Assembly (NCBI GenBank): GCA_031370785.1
Contig: JANMQY010000106.1
Span: 1 to 12,727, forward strand
DNA: 12,727 nucleotides
Reading direction: 5' to 3'
Origin: Candidatus Eiseniibacteriota bacterium
GTDB taxonomy: Bacteria; Eisenbacteria; RBG-16-71-46
The notes beneath the pieces are model-generated. The model saw only the letters and a program-made list of their open reading frames with translations. It was not told the origin of the DNA and did not search any database. This document shows positions 1-8,245 of the stretch, one piece after another (within the stretch, counting starts at the first letter, position 1; the number at the start of each line of letters is the position of its first letter). The position numbers and the translations under genes are program-made.

Positions 1-90
1 CTGCCGGACGAACACGATCTGATCTTCATCGCGCTCGACGATGTGTGGAAGCCGGTGTACGCCAACATCGTGGATCAGGACCCGCTCTAG
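1..90 (+). CDS. 3' end of an unidentified protein (partial): ...LPDEHDLIFIALDDVWKPVYANIVDQDPL*
   Basis: Frame 1 is open from base 1 to TAG at 88-90, has GC-rich third positions and a protein-like composition, and ends 15 nt before the MATE start. Too short to assign a product. Confidence 0.55.
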   Translation: MPDEHDLIFIALDDVWKPVYANIVDQDPL

Positions 91-105
91 ACGAGGCCGC
101 ACCAC

Positions 106-1521
106 ATGTCGAACGCATCACCCGCCGCGGCGGCGCTGCCGTCGGGGGTGACCAGGCCCATTCCCGGCGAGCTGCTGCGCCTCGCGCTGCCCGTGCTCGC
201 CTCGCAGGCGCTGCGCATCGCGTATCAATGGATCGACGCGGCGTGGGTGCGCGGCCTGGGCGTGGACGCGACCGCAGCCGTCACCACCTCGATCTTCGTG
301 CTGTGGTCGGTCTATTCGCTCAACGACATCTTCACCATCGGCGTGAGCGCGTACGTGAGCCAGCTCCTGGGCGCCGGCGATCGCCGTCGCGCCGGCGTCG
401 CCGCATACCGCGGCATCGTCGCCTCGGGCGTCCTCGGCCTGATCGGCACCGCGGTCGGGATCCTGTGGGCCAAGCCGATCTACGGGCTCATGGAACACGA
501 CCCGCGCGCGCTCGAAACCGGCGCCTCGTTCCTGCGCATCTGCCTGATCGGAGCGCCGTTCCCGATGATGGCGCTGACCTGCGAGAGCATCATGCGCTCG
601 GCCGGCGACACGCGGACGCCGCTCGTGATCGATCTGATCTCGGTCGGCGCGTGCGCGGTGCTCGATCCGTTCCTGATCTACGGCATCGGCCCGTTCCCCA
701 GGCTCGGCGTGGCCGGCGCCGCGATCGCGACCGTGTTCGCGCAGGGGCTGATGGTGTGCGGATATTTCCTGATGGCCGCGCGCGGGCATCGCGCGTTCCC
801 GCTCGCGCGCAAGGCCGAGGGCCCGCCGGTGCACATCCGCGGCATGGCCAGGGTCGGGCTCCCCGCCGCGCTGATTGGCCTGCTGTTCTCGGTCGTCTAC
901 GTCGTGTTCGCGCGCGCCGCCTCGCAGTTCGGGCCGGCCGCGCACGCGATCGTCGGCATCGCCAACCGCATCGAGGCAATCCAGTTCATCACCTCGGTCG
1001 CGATCGGCACCGCCGGCGCGGCGCTGGTCGGGCAGAACCTGGGCGCGGGAAGGCCGGACCGTGCGGAGCTCGTGATCCGGACCGGGCTCAGGTGGATCGT
1101 GTGGATTACGGCCGTCCTGACCGCCGTGCTGGTGATTTTCCCGCACGTGTTTCTCAGGGTGTTCAGCGACGATCCCGAGGTGTTGCGCCTGGGCGTGCCC
1201 TATCTGCGCATTCTCGCGACCTGTCTCCTCTTCAACGGCCTCGAAATCGTGACCGCCGAGTGCGTGCTGGGCTCGGGGCACACCAATGCAATCTCGTGGA
1301 TCTTCACCTCGTTCTCGTTGCTGCGCATCCCGCTCGCCTTTCTCGCGCCGGCGTGGACCGGGATGGGGGTGCTGGCGATCGCGTGGGTGATCAGCCTGAC
1401 CTGCATCGTGCGCGCTCTCTGCATCATCATCTGGGCGGCGCGCGGCACGTGGAAGCGCGGCCTCACTGCCGAGTTGCACGGTGACGAGCGGCGCATGCCG
1501 GAGAGCGCCGAAGGACCGTGA
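106..1521 (+). CDS. MATE family efflux transporter (NorM/DinF-like), 471 aa
   Basis: About 12 hydrophobic segments in two similar halves. MATE motifs: LLRLALP, VSQLLGAGD, MRSAGDTRTP, LDPFLIYG..LGVAGAAIAT, LVGQNLGAG. GAGG lies upstream of the ATG. Confidence 0.93.
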   Translation: MSNASPAAAALPSGVTRPIPGELLRLALPVLASQALRIAYQWIDAAWVRGLGVDATAAVTTSIFVLWSVYSLNDIFTIGVSAYVSQLLGAGDRRRAGVAAYRGIVASGVLGLIGTAVGILWAKPIYGLMEHDPRALETGASFLRICLIGAPFPMMALTCESIMRSAGDTRTPLVIDLISVGACAVLDPFLIYGIGPFPRLGVAGAAIATVFAQGLMVCGYFLMAARGHRAFPLARKAEGPPVHIRGMARVGLPAALIGLLFSVVYVVFARAASQFGPAAHAIVGIANRIEAIQFITSVAIGTAGAALVGQNLGAGRPDRAELVIRTGLRWIVWITAVLTAVLVIFPHVFLRVFSDDPEVLRLGVPYLRILATCLLFNGLEIVTAECVLGSGHTNAISWIFTSFSLLRIPLAFLAPAWTGMGVLAIAWVISLTCIVRALCIIIWAARGTWKRGLTAELHGDERRMPESAEGP

Positions 1522-1572
1522 TAGACTCCCGGGTCCGGCCGAGTTCAGTCCTCCAGTGACGGCAGGTACCCC

Positions 1573-2811
1573 ATGAAGAGCGCAAACGAAGAGCCCTGGA
1601 CCAATCACTATCCGTACATCATCGTCGGCGGCGGTCTCGCCGGCGCTTCCGCCATCGAGGGCATCCGCGCGCACGACAAGACCGGCGCGATTCTCATGCT
1701 CTCGCGCGAGAACACGACGCCCTATCACCGTCCGCCGCTGTCCAAGGGCCTGTGGTTTGGAAAGACCACGCGTGACGAGCTGCCGGTCTACGATGATGAG
1801 TTCTACAAGGTCAATGGAGTGCAGCTCGCGCCGCGGCGCGAGATCATGCAGCTCGAGCCCGAGAGCCACACGCTGTGGGACGACCACGACACGACCTACA
1901 CCTACGACAAGCTGCTGATTGCCACCGGCGGTAAGCCGCGCGTGCTGCCGGTCGAGGGCGAGGGCCCGGAGAACACCCACTACTACCGCACGCTCGAGGA
2001 CTACCTGTTTCTCGAAGACCACATCAAGCGCGTGCAGCACGTGCTGGTCGTGGGCGGCGGATTCATCGGGCTCGAACTGGCCGCGGCGCTGCGCCACGTG
2101 GGTAAGGAAGTGACGATCGTCTATCCGGAGGAGTACCCGCTCTACCGCGTCCTGCCGCGTGATCTCGGGCTCTACGTCGCCGAGTTCTATCGCGAGAAGG
2201 GCGTCGAGACCATTTCGGGCGAGACCCTGAAGAGCATCCAGCAGGGTGGCGGAGTGATCCATGCCCTGACCCACAATGGCAACACCATCGCGACCCAGTT
2301 ACTCGTCGCAGGAGTCGGCATCGTGCCCTCGCTCGCGGTGGCCGACAGTGGCGGACTCGAGACCGGCAATGGAATCGAAGTCGACGAGTACTGCCTGACC
2401 AGCGACCCCAACATCTACGCCGCCGGCGACGTGGCCGAGTTCCCGTACCTCGCGCTCGAGAGACGCACACGGATCGAGCACTGGGATCACGCCATCCACC
2501 ACGGCAAGTGCGCGGGTGCGAACATGGCCGGCGCGAAGGAGCCCTACACCCACCTTCCCATGTTCTTCTCGGACTTCTTTGAACTCGGCTGGGAGGCAGT
2601 CGGCGATCTGGACTCGAGCCAGACCGTCGACGCGGTGTGGAAGGACCCGATGAGAGAAGGCGTGCTCTTCTACCTGCGAGACGACGTCGTGCGCGGCGTG
2701 CTGCTCTGGAACACCTGGGGCAAGGTCGACTGGGCCCGCGACGTGATCAAGGCGCACAAGCCGACGACCCACGACGAGCGGGTGGGGCTACTCGAAGGCG
2801 CGAGCGTGTGA
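1573..2811 (+). CDS. FAD/NAD(P)-dependent oxidoreductase, ferredoxin reductase / monodehydroascorbate reductase / AIF-like family, 412 aa
   Basis: GGGLAG (FAD), YHRPPLSK, LLIATG, VVGGGFIGLE (NAD), TSDPNIYAAGDVA, RIEHW and PMFFSD motifs. Confidence 0.92.
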   Translation: MKSANEEPWTNHYPYIIVGGGLAGASAIEGIRAHDKTGAILMLSRENTTPYHRPPLSKGLWFGKTTRDELPVYDDEFYKVNGVQLAPRREIMQLEPESHTLWDDHDTTYTYDKLLIATGGKPRVLPVEGEGPENTHYYRTLEDYLFLEDHIKRVQHVLVVGGGFIGLELAAALRHVGKEVTIVYPEEYPLYRVLPRDLGLYVAEFYREKGVETISGETLKSIQQGGGVIHALTHNGNTIATQLLVAGVGIVPSLAVADSGGLETGNGIEVDEYCLTSDPNIYAAGDVAEFPYLALERRTRIEHWDHAIHHGKCAGANMAGAKEPYTHLPMFFSDFFELGWEAVGDLDSSQTVDAVWKDPMREGVLFYLRDDVVRGVLLWNTWGKVDWARDVIKAHKPTTHDERVGLLEGASV

Positions 2812-2839
2812 GTGGGTGGTGACTGCCGGTTGCAGATGC

Positions 2840-3544
2840 TTACCGGTAGATCGCTTTCAGCTTGCCCCAGCTCGTCGCCCGCACCGGTACCGCCGGATCG
2901 CTCACGTATCCCTGGCATGACACCACCGCGTACCCCGCCGGCAGGCCGGTGAAGCTGAGCGTGCCGAAAATGCGCGCGCTTTCGTCGTAGGGTTCGCTGA
3001 ATGTGCTCGCAATGAGGTCCATGTAGAGGTCGAAGGACTCATCGACATTGCGGGTGACCGTGATGCTGAGCGTCGTGTTTGACGGCTGGCCCGTGCCGCT
3101 CACGTACGATTGGGAGTTCGAGTCCCCTTCCCGGAGTGTCGCGTATGCGCCGGCCCCAGACTGGCGAAATGGATTCTGGAAAGTCCCGCTTGCGTTGACT
3201 TGGAGCTGCGCGGTGAAGACAAGCGCAGAGGGCGAAGCAGGGCCCACGAGCTTGAATATGTCGTGTGTCGAGACCCAAGCATTACCACCACACACGAGGC
3301 CGTCACTCGACGCGATGGCGCTTACGGACCCCACGGTCAGATTGTATCCGGCGCCACCTGATCTGCTACCGCCATACGGCTGGCAGTCGCCCTTCGCAGT
3401 CAAACCCCGGCTCGAATCGGAAGACGTGATGGTAGAATCTAGCGCCCTCAGCGTGTTCAGCGGACAAGTTGCTGCGGCGGCGACGGGGGGGGCGGGCCCG
3501 AACACCACGAGTATTGCAAGAGAGCAGGCGGCAACTCGCATCAT
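2840..3544 (-). CDS. Secreted hypothetical protein (~234 aa) with C-terminal PVRATSWGKLKAIYR tail
   Basis: Start trimmed from the ORF track to the ATG-ATG at 3544/3541, preceded by GGAG. Signal peptide MRVAACSLAILVVFGPAPPVAAA, then an S/T/G-rich beta-strand-like body with 4 Cys, and a basic amphipathic tail. Confidence 0.8.
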   Translation of the reverse strand: MMRVAACSLAILVVFGPAPPVAAAATCPLNTLRALDSTITSSDSSRGLTAKGDCQPYGGSRSGGAGYNLTVGSVSAIASSDGLVCGGNAWVSTHDIFKLVGPASPSALVFTAQLQVNASGTFQNPFRQSGAGAYATLREGDSNSQSYVSGTGQPSNTTLSITVTRNVDESFDLYMDLIASTFSEPYDESARIFGTLSFTGLPAGYAVVSCQGYVSDPAVPVRATSWGKLKAIYR

Positions 3545-3674
3545 GATCTCCACCGGATTGGGCGCACCTCGCATTCCGCCGGAGCGCCGTTCGTCGCTCG
3601 GTGAAGAATAGTATCCCGGGGAACATGCCGCGTCTACGAGCATCCATGACACGGATCGTTGCCTTCGGCGTCTC

Positions 3675-4583
3675 CTAAACCCCTTCCTTCCGCTCCGACG
3701 GATCCAGCGCATCTCGCAACCCATCGCCGAGGAAGTTGAAGCACAGCAGTGTCAGCGAGAGCGCCACGCCGGGGAAGATGACGAGCCACGGGAACAGCGC
3801 GATCACGCGCGCTCCGTCGGACACCAGAGTTCCCCACGACGCCGCGGGCGGCTGCACGCCGAGCCCCAGGAACGAGAGGAACGCCTCCTGCAGGATCACG
3901 GCAGGAACGGTGAGCGTGGTGTACACGATCACCGGCCCCAGGGTGTTGGGCACGAGGTGGCGGAAGATGATGCTGCGATCGCTCGCCCCGAGCGCGCGCG
4001 CCGCCTCGACAAAGGTCTGGTTCTTGAGCGAGAGCACCTGCCCGCGCACGATGCGCGCCATGGTCAGCCATTGCACCAGTCCGAGCGCGATGAAGAGCAT
4101 GAGCAGGCTCTTGCTGAAGAACACGAGCAGCAGGATGACGAGGAAGATGTAGGGCAGCGAGTCGAGGATGTCGACGATCCGCATCAGGAACAGGTCCCAC
4201 TTGCCGCCGAGATAGCCCGCGGTCGCGCCATACGAGACGCCGATCAGCAGGCTGACCAGCGTGGCCACGATCCCGACCAGCAGCGAGATGCGTCCGCCGT
4301 AGACGACGCGTGCGAAGATGTCGCGCCCCAGGTCGTCGGTGCCGAACCAGTGCGCGGCCGACGGCGGAGTCGCGCCGAGTTTGAGATTCTGCACGGTGGG
4401 ATCGCCGAGGCCGGGAATCCACGGCGCCGCGAACGAGATCACCGCGACCACGATCAGGAACCATGCGGCGATCACCGCGGCGCGATTCCGCCGCAGCCGC
4501 TTCCACGCGTCGCTCCACAGACTCACCCCCGCGCGCGGCTCGGGCATGGCGACCGTGATGGGCGGGGCGATGCCGATGCTCAT
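3675..4583 (-). CDS. oppC: Oligopeptide ABC transporter permease OppC/DppC, 302 aa
   Basis: SLWSDAWKRLRRN N-terminus, HWFGTDDLGRD, EAA loop FVEAARALGAS, EAFLSFLGLG, NFLGDGLRDALDP. The ATG at 4583 overlaps the oppB stop (ATGA). Confidence 0.95.
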   Translation of the reverse strand: MSIGIAPPITVAMPEPRAGVSLWSDAWKRLRRNRAAVIAAWFLIVVAVISFAAPWIPGLGDPTVQNLKLGATPPSAAHWFGTDDLGRDIFARVVYGGRISLLVGIVATLVSLLIGVSYGATAGYLGGKWDLFLMRIVDILDSLPYIFLVILLLVFFSKSLLMLFIALGLVQWLTMARIVRGQVLSLKNQTFVEAARALGASDRSIIFRHLVPNTLGPVIVYTTLTVPAVILQEAFLSFLGLGVQPPAASWGTLVSDGARVIALFPWLVIFPGVALSLTLLCFNFLGDGLRDALDPSERKEGV

Positions 4584-5497
4584 TTCATCTCCACGCGCGG
4601 GTCGAGCTTGGTGTAGGCGACGTCCACCAGAAGGTTGAGCACGATCAGGAACAACGAGTAGAAGAGCACGCTGCCAAGCACCAGCGTGTAGTCGCGGTTG
4701 AACGCGGCATTCACCAGGTAGCGCCCGAGCCCGGGCACGGCGAAGATGGTCTCGACCACGATCGAGCCCATGATGATGCGCGCCGCCGCGGGGCCGAGGT
4801 ACGAAACCACCGGTAGGAATCCCAGCCTGAGCCCGTGCTTGAGCACCACGGTCGCCTCGCTCAGGCCCTTCGCGCGCGCGGTGCGGATGAAGTCCTGCCG
4901 CAGCACATCGAGCATGCCGGCGCGGGTCAGGCGCGCGATGTAGGCGAGGTAGGTGGCGCTCAGCGTGAGCACGGGCAGCACGCGGCTCGCGGGTCCCTGC
5001 CACAGCGCGGGCGGGAACATGAACAGCGTGAGCGAGAGCGCGAGCACGAGCACGGGCCCGAGCACGAAGTTGGGGATCGAGACGCCGGCGAGCGCGAGGC
5101 CCATGGCGCTGAAATCGATCCAGGTGTTCCTGCGCACCGCAGCAAGCACGCCGATCGGCACCCCGACCAGCACGGCGACGAGCAGCGCCCACGCGCCGAG
5201 TTCCAGTGAAACCGGGAACGCCTCGAAGATGATCTCGCGCACCTGCCGGCCCGGATACTTGTACGAGACGCCGAAGTCGAGCGTCACGGCATGCCCGAGG
5301 AACGAGAGGTACTGCTGCCCGAGCGGACGGTCGAGCCCGTAGCTATGCATGAGCTGCGCGCGCGCGGCGGCGGGGATCTCGCGCTCGGCGCGGAACGGGC
5401 CACCGGGGGCGAGGCGCATCATGAAGAAGGTGACGGTGGCGATCACCCACAGCGTGGGAATGATCAGCAGGATCCGGCGGATGAGGAACGTGACCAC
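4580..5497 (-). CDS. oppB: Oligopeptide ABC transporter permease OppB/DppB, 305 aa
   Basis: FLIRRILL start, APGGPF, YGLDRP, DFIRTARAKGL, VETIFAVPGLG, NRDY, YTKLDPR. GTG start inferred at 5497, 2 nt after the oppA stop. Confidence 0.95.
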   Translation of the reverse strand: MVTFLIRRILLIIPTLWVIATVTFFMMRLAPGGPFRAEREIPAAARAQLMHSYGLDRPLGQQYLSFLGHAVTLDFGVSYKYPGRQVREIIFEAFPVSLELGAWALLVAVLVGVPIGVLAAVRRNTWIDFSAMGLALAGVSIPNFVLGPVLVLALSLTLFMFPPALWQGPASRVLPVLTLSATYLAYIARLTRAGMLDVLRQDFIRTARAKGLSEATVVLKHGLRLGFLPVVSYLGPAAARIIMGSIVVETIFAVPGLGRYLVNAAFNRDYTLVLGSVLFYSLFLIVLNLLVDVAYTKLDPRVEMK

Positions 5498-5499
5498 GC

Positions 5500-7236
5500 C
5501 TAGGGCGTCTCTTCGAGCGGCAGATGGAAGCGAATCGCCGCGAGCCGCGCCGACGGACCGGGCTCGAACTCGGCGGCGACCGGCGCGGGGTGTCGGTCCC
5601 ACTCGCGATCGATGTACACGCCCTTGAGCGGATGCGTGTCGAGCATGGTCGGCCAGATGCCGTGCACGTACGGCTTGACCAGATCGTTCACCGAGTAGTG
5701 ATAGATCGGAATGATCGGAGAATCATCGAGCAGGATCTGCTCGGCCCGGGAGAGCATGGCGAGCCGCTTCTTCGCATCCAGCTCGCGCGAGGCGATGCGC
5801 AGCAACGCGTCGTAGCGCGGATTGCTGTAGCCCGAGCGGTTGTTGCCATCGCCGGTAACCATGCAGCCGAGGAATGTGTTGGGATCAAGGTAGTCTCCGA
5901 TCCACGAGCGGCGCGCGATGTCGTACTGGAGCGAAGTGGTGGCCTGCAGGTAGGAGCCCCATTCCTGATTCGACAGCTCGATGTCGATGTTGAGCTCGCG
6001 CTTCCACATCTGCTGGATGGCCTCGGCGATCCTGCGATGGTCCTCGCTGCTGTTGAACATGACCGAAACCTTGGGGAAGCCCTTGCCACCCGGATAGCCC
6101 GCCTTTGCGAGATACCCGCGCGCCTTCTCGGGATCGAAGGTGATGCCGGGCGGCGCCTCGTAGCCGGGATAGCCAGCGGGCGTGAAGTTGCCCCACGGAT
6201 AGCGCGAGCGCTTGAGCAGGTCGTTCGCGATCGCCTCGCGATCGACGGCCCAGGTGAGCGCGCGCCGCACCCAGACGTTGTCGAGCGGTTTGCGGGTCAC
6301 GTTGATCGAGTAGAAGTACACGCCGTGATAGCGCCCGTGCTGAAAGTCGGCATAATTGCGTAGATACGGAATGAAGTTCGAAGGGATATATCCGCTCGTG
6401 GTCCAGGCGATCGCTCCGGCCTTGTACAGGTTGACCGAGGTATTGAGATCGTCCACCGAATTGGCTTCGATGCGATCGAGCTTCACGTTCGCGGCGTCCC
6501 AGTAGCGCGGATTCTTGACGAACACGAATCTCGCCTGCTGCCGCCACTCGGCCAGCGTCCACGGACCGTTGCTCACGATCTTGCCCGGGCGCGTCCACTG
6601 GTTGCCGTACTTCTCGACGATGTGCCGCGGCGTCGGGCAGTAGGGATAGAACTGGGTCAGGAAGACGAAGTAAGGCGTGGGCGAGGCGAGATGCACCACC
6701 AGCGTCGTGTCGTCAGGCGCGGCGAGGCCGACCTGCGTGGAGTCTTTCAGCGCGCCCTTGTTGTACTCCTCGGCGTTCGCGATCGGGTAGAGCGCGCTGG
6801 CGTAACGCGCGGCGTTCGCCGGGCGCAGCACGCGCAGCCACGACCACACGAAGTCGCGCGCGGTGAACGGCGTGCCGTCGCTCCACACGAGCCCCGGCCG
6901 CAGGTGGAACGTGTAGATGAGCCCGTCGGGACTCGTCTCCCAGCGCGAGGCCTGCGCGGGTGTGGGCTCCAGGGTCTTCGCATCCGGCACGACGAGCCCT
7001 TCGAACAGGATGCGCGCGACGCGCCCGTCGGGCTGGCCCACCGCGAGCCCCGGATCGTAGGTCTCGGGCTCGGCGCCGTTGTTGAAGCGAAAGACGTTCT
7101 CCGCAGGTGGCGTGGTGCTGCCGAAGTAGCGCGGGCTGGATGCGGCGGTGCGCGCAACCGGCGGCTTCGCGGGCGCGCACGCGCCGATCGCGAGCGCCGC
7201 GGCGAGAATGGCGAGTTCGAGCGAGTGCCGTTTCAC
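5500..7236 (-). CDS. oppA: Peptide ABC transporter substrate-binding lipoprotein (SBP family 5, OppA), ~578 aa
   Basis: GTG start at 7236 gives MKRHSLELAILAAALAIGA-C (lipobox). Motifs: EPETYDP, LFEGL, YTFHLR..WSDG.P.TARDF..SW.R.L.P, SNGP, KNPRYW, WIGDY.DP.TFL. The upstream extension in the ORF track overlaps another gene. Confidence 0.93.
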   Translation of the reverse strand: MKRHSLELAILAAALAIGACAPAKPPVARTAASSPRYFGSTTPPAENVFRFNNGAEPETYDPGLAVGQPDGRVARILFEGLVVPDAKTLEPTPAQASRWETSPDGLIYTFHLRPGLVWSDGTPFTARDFVWSWLRVLRPANAARYASALYPIANAEEYNKGALKDSTQVGLAAPDDTTLVVHLASPTPYFVFLTQFYPYCPTPRHIVEKYGNQWTRPGKIVSNGPWTLAEWRQQARFVFVKNPRYWDAANVKLDRIEANSVDDLNTSVNLYKAGAIAWTTSGYIPSNFIPYLRNYADFQHGRYHGVYFYSINVTRKPLDNVWVRRALTWAVDREAIANDLLKRSRYPWGNFTPAGYPGYEAPPGITFDPEKARGYLAKAGYPGGKGFPKVSVMFNSSEDHRRIAEAIQQMWKRELNIDIELSNQEWGSYLQATTSLQYDIARRSWIGDYLDPNTFLGCMVTGDGNNRSGYSNPRYDALLRIASRELDAKKRLAMLSRAEQILLDDSPIIPIYHYSVNDLVKPYVHGIWPTMLDTHPLKGVYIDREWDRHPAPVAAEFEPGPSARLAAIRFHLPLEETP

Positions 7237-7243
7237 GCGGCGC

Positions 7244-7252
7244 AGTATAGCA
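7244..7252 (-). promoter_or_regulatory. Extended -10 element TGCTATACT upstream of oppA, with leaderless-type spacing
   Basis: The minus strand reads TG-C-TATACT followed by 7 nt and then the GTG start. No Shine-Dalgarno sequence. Confidence 0.6.
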
Positions 7253-7310
7253 GCGGAGTTGCCCTGCGCTCGATGCCCGATCCATCGCGGGCCGCAAGCG
7301 ACCGAGGCGC

Positions 7311-8186
7311 CTACCGCGAGTACCAGAGCGCGAAGTTGAGCCGCGTGCCGGCGAGGGTGTTCCGCCCCGAGAGCACGCGATCCACATCCAACGCGAAGTC
7401 GAAGGGCCTGCCGCGCAGCACCACGCCGCCGGTCGCGCTCAGGTAACGCTGGTCCGCGAGCGCCGGGTCGAACTGCGCGCCGCCAGAGGCGTGCCCCGAA
7501 GTCATCGAGGCCGCGAGCGCACCGCGCAGCATGAAGTCTCCGGGCAACTGAAGTCCGGCCTCGGCGCTCATCGGCACCTCGTTCGCACGGTTCCCGCCGC
7601 GCACCACGTATCCGGCCTCGGTGGTGACGTAGCCGAGCCGGCTCGATGCGCCGGCTGCGATGCGCGCGCCGAAGTCGGTCCTGCCGCTGCCGAGCGCGGG
7701 GAAGCGCAAGGGGTCGTAGCCCGTCGGAAACCTGCCCTCGCCGTTGACCGAGACCACGACCGGAGCCGCGATCAGTCGCCGCTTGAGTTGCAAGGTAAGG
7801 TCGGGAAAGCCCGAAGTGCGGCTCAGCAGATCGAGGCCCTCGGCTTCGATCCATTGATAGCCGCCGGAGGCGGCCACGGTGAGCACGTCGCTCAGTCCGT
7901 ACTCGACATAGGCCCGCAGCGCCTGGCTGCGGTACTGGCGCTTGAGATCGCCGCCGCCGGTGGACGTCAGGTAGCTGGTTCGTGCGCCCGTGCTGTCGTA
8001 GCGCGCGCTCGTGTTCCAGCGCTCGTAGCCGAGCTTGAAGAACACGCTGCCGGCGTCGCGGGTCCAGGCCCCCGCGTGAGCGGCCGGTGCGCCGGGGCCG
8101 ATGCTCAGAAGGACGGCGAGAGCCGCGCCCGCAAGCGCAGAACGCGTGGCCGTGACGGGCGCGGGGGCGGACATTGGGCGGCGCAA
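7311..8186 (-). CDS. Exported hypothetical protein, probable outer-membrane beta-barrel, 291 aa
   Basis: GAGGAG lies 7 nt before the TTG start (alternative ATG at 8174). Signal peptide ends AAHA|GAWT. Alternating amphipathic strands: RAYVEYGL, LTLQLKRRL, YVTTEAGY, FDFALDVD, and terminal RLNFALWYSR. Confidence 0.7.
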   Translation of the reverse strand: MRRPMSAPAPVTATRSALAGAALAVLLSIGPGAPAAHAGAWTRDAGSVFFKLGYERWNTSARYDSTGARTSYLTSTGGGDLKRQYRSQALRAYVEYGLSDVLTVAASGGYQWIEAEGLDLLSRTSGFPDLTLQLKRRLIAAPVVVSVNGEGRFPTGYDPLRFPALGSGRTDFGARIAAGASSRLGYVTTEAGYVVRGGNRANEVPMSAEAGLQLPGDFMLRGALAASMTSGHASGGAQFDPALADQRYLSATGGVVLRGRPFDFALDVDRVLSGRNTLAGTRLNFALWYSR

Positions 8187-8221
8187 GCGGGTTCTCCTCG
8201 TTCGGGACGGTGCGTGTCGCT

Positions 8222-8227
8222 ATTGTA
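8222..8227 (-). promoter_or_regulatory. Candidate -10 box TACAAT for the beta-barrel gene
   Basis: ATTGTA on + is TACAAT on -. It is the most AT-rich patch in the divergent intergenic region and lies 22 nt upstream of the GAGGAG RBS. Confidence 0.45.
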
Positions 8228-8245
8228 CGCGTCTGGTGCCAACCC

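Noticed and set aside
118..2274. 718-aa antisense ORF, plus 45..1484 in an alternate frame
   Set aside because: Shadows of the MATE and reductase genes. Arg/Ala/Gly-rich with no motifs, as expected from high-GC codon bias.
2812..2839. Expected bidirectional terminator between convergent genes
   Set aside because: The 28-nt gap has no convincing stem-loop with a U-tract.
3048..3611. 187-aa plus-strand ORF opposite the secreted protein gene
   Set aside because: The minus-strand ORF has the RBS, signal peptide and distinctive tail. This one has no supporting signals.
4584..5192. N-terminal extension of OppC in the ORF track
   Set aside because: It overlaps oppB out of frame. The ATGA coupling at 4580-4583 marks the likely start.
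8226..8242. Possible sigma-54 promoter (TTGGCAC on the minus strand)
   Set aside because: GG-N10 is followed by GT, not the required GC at -12, and there is no TTGC.
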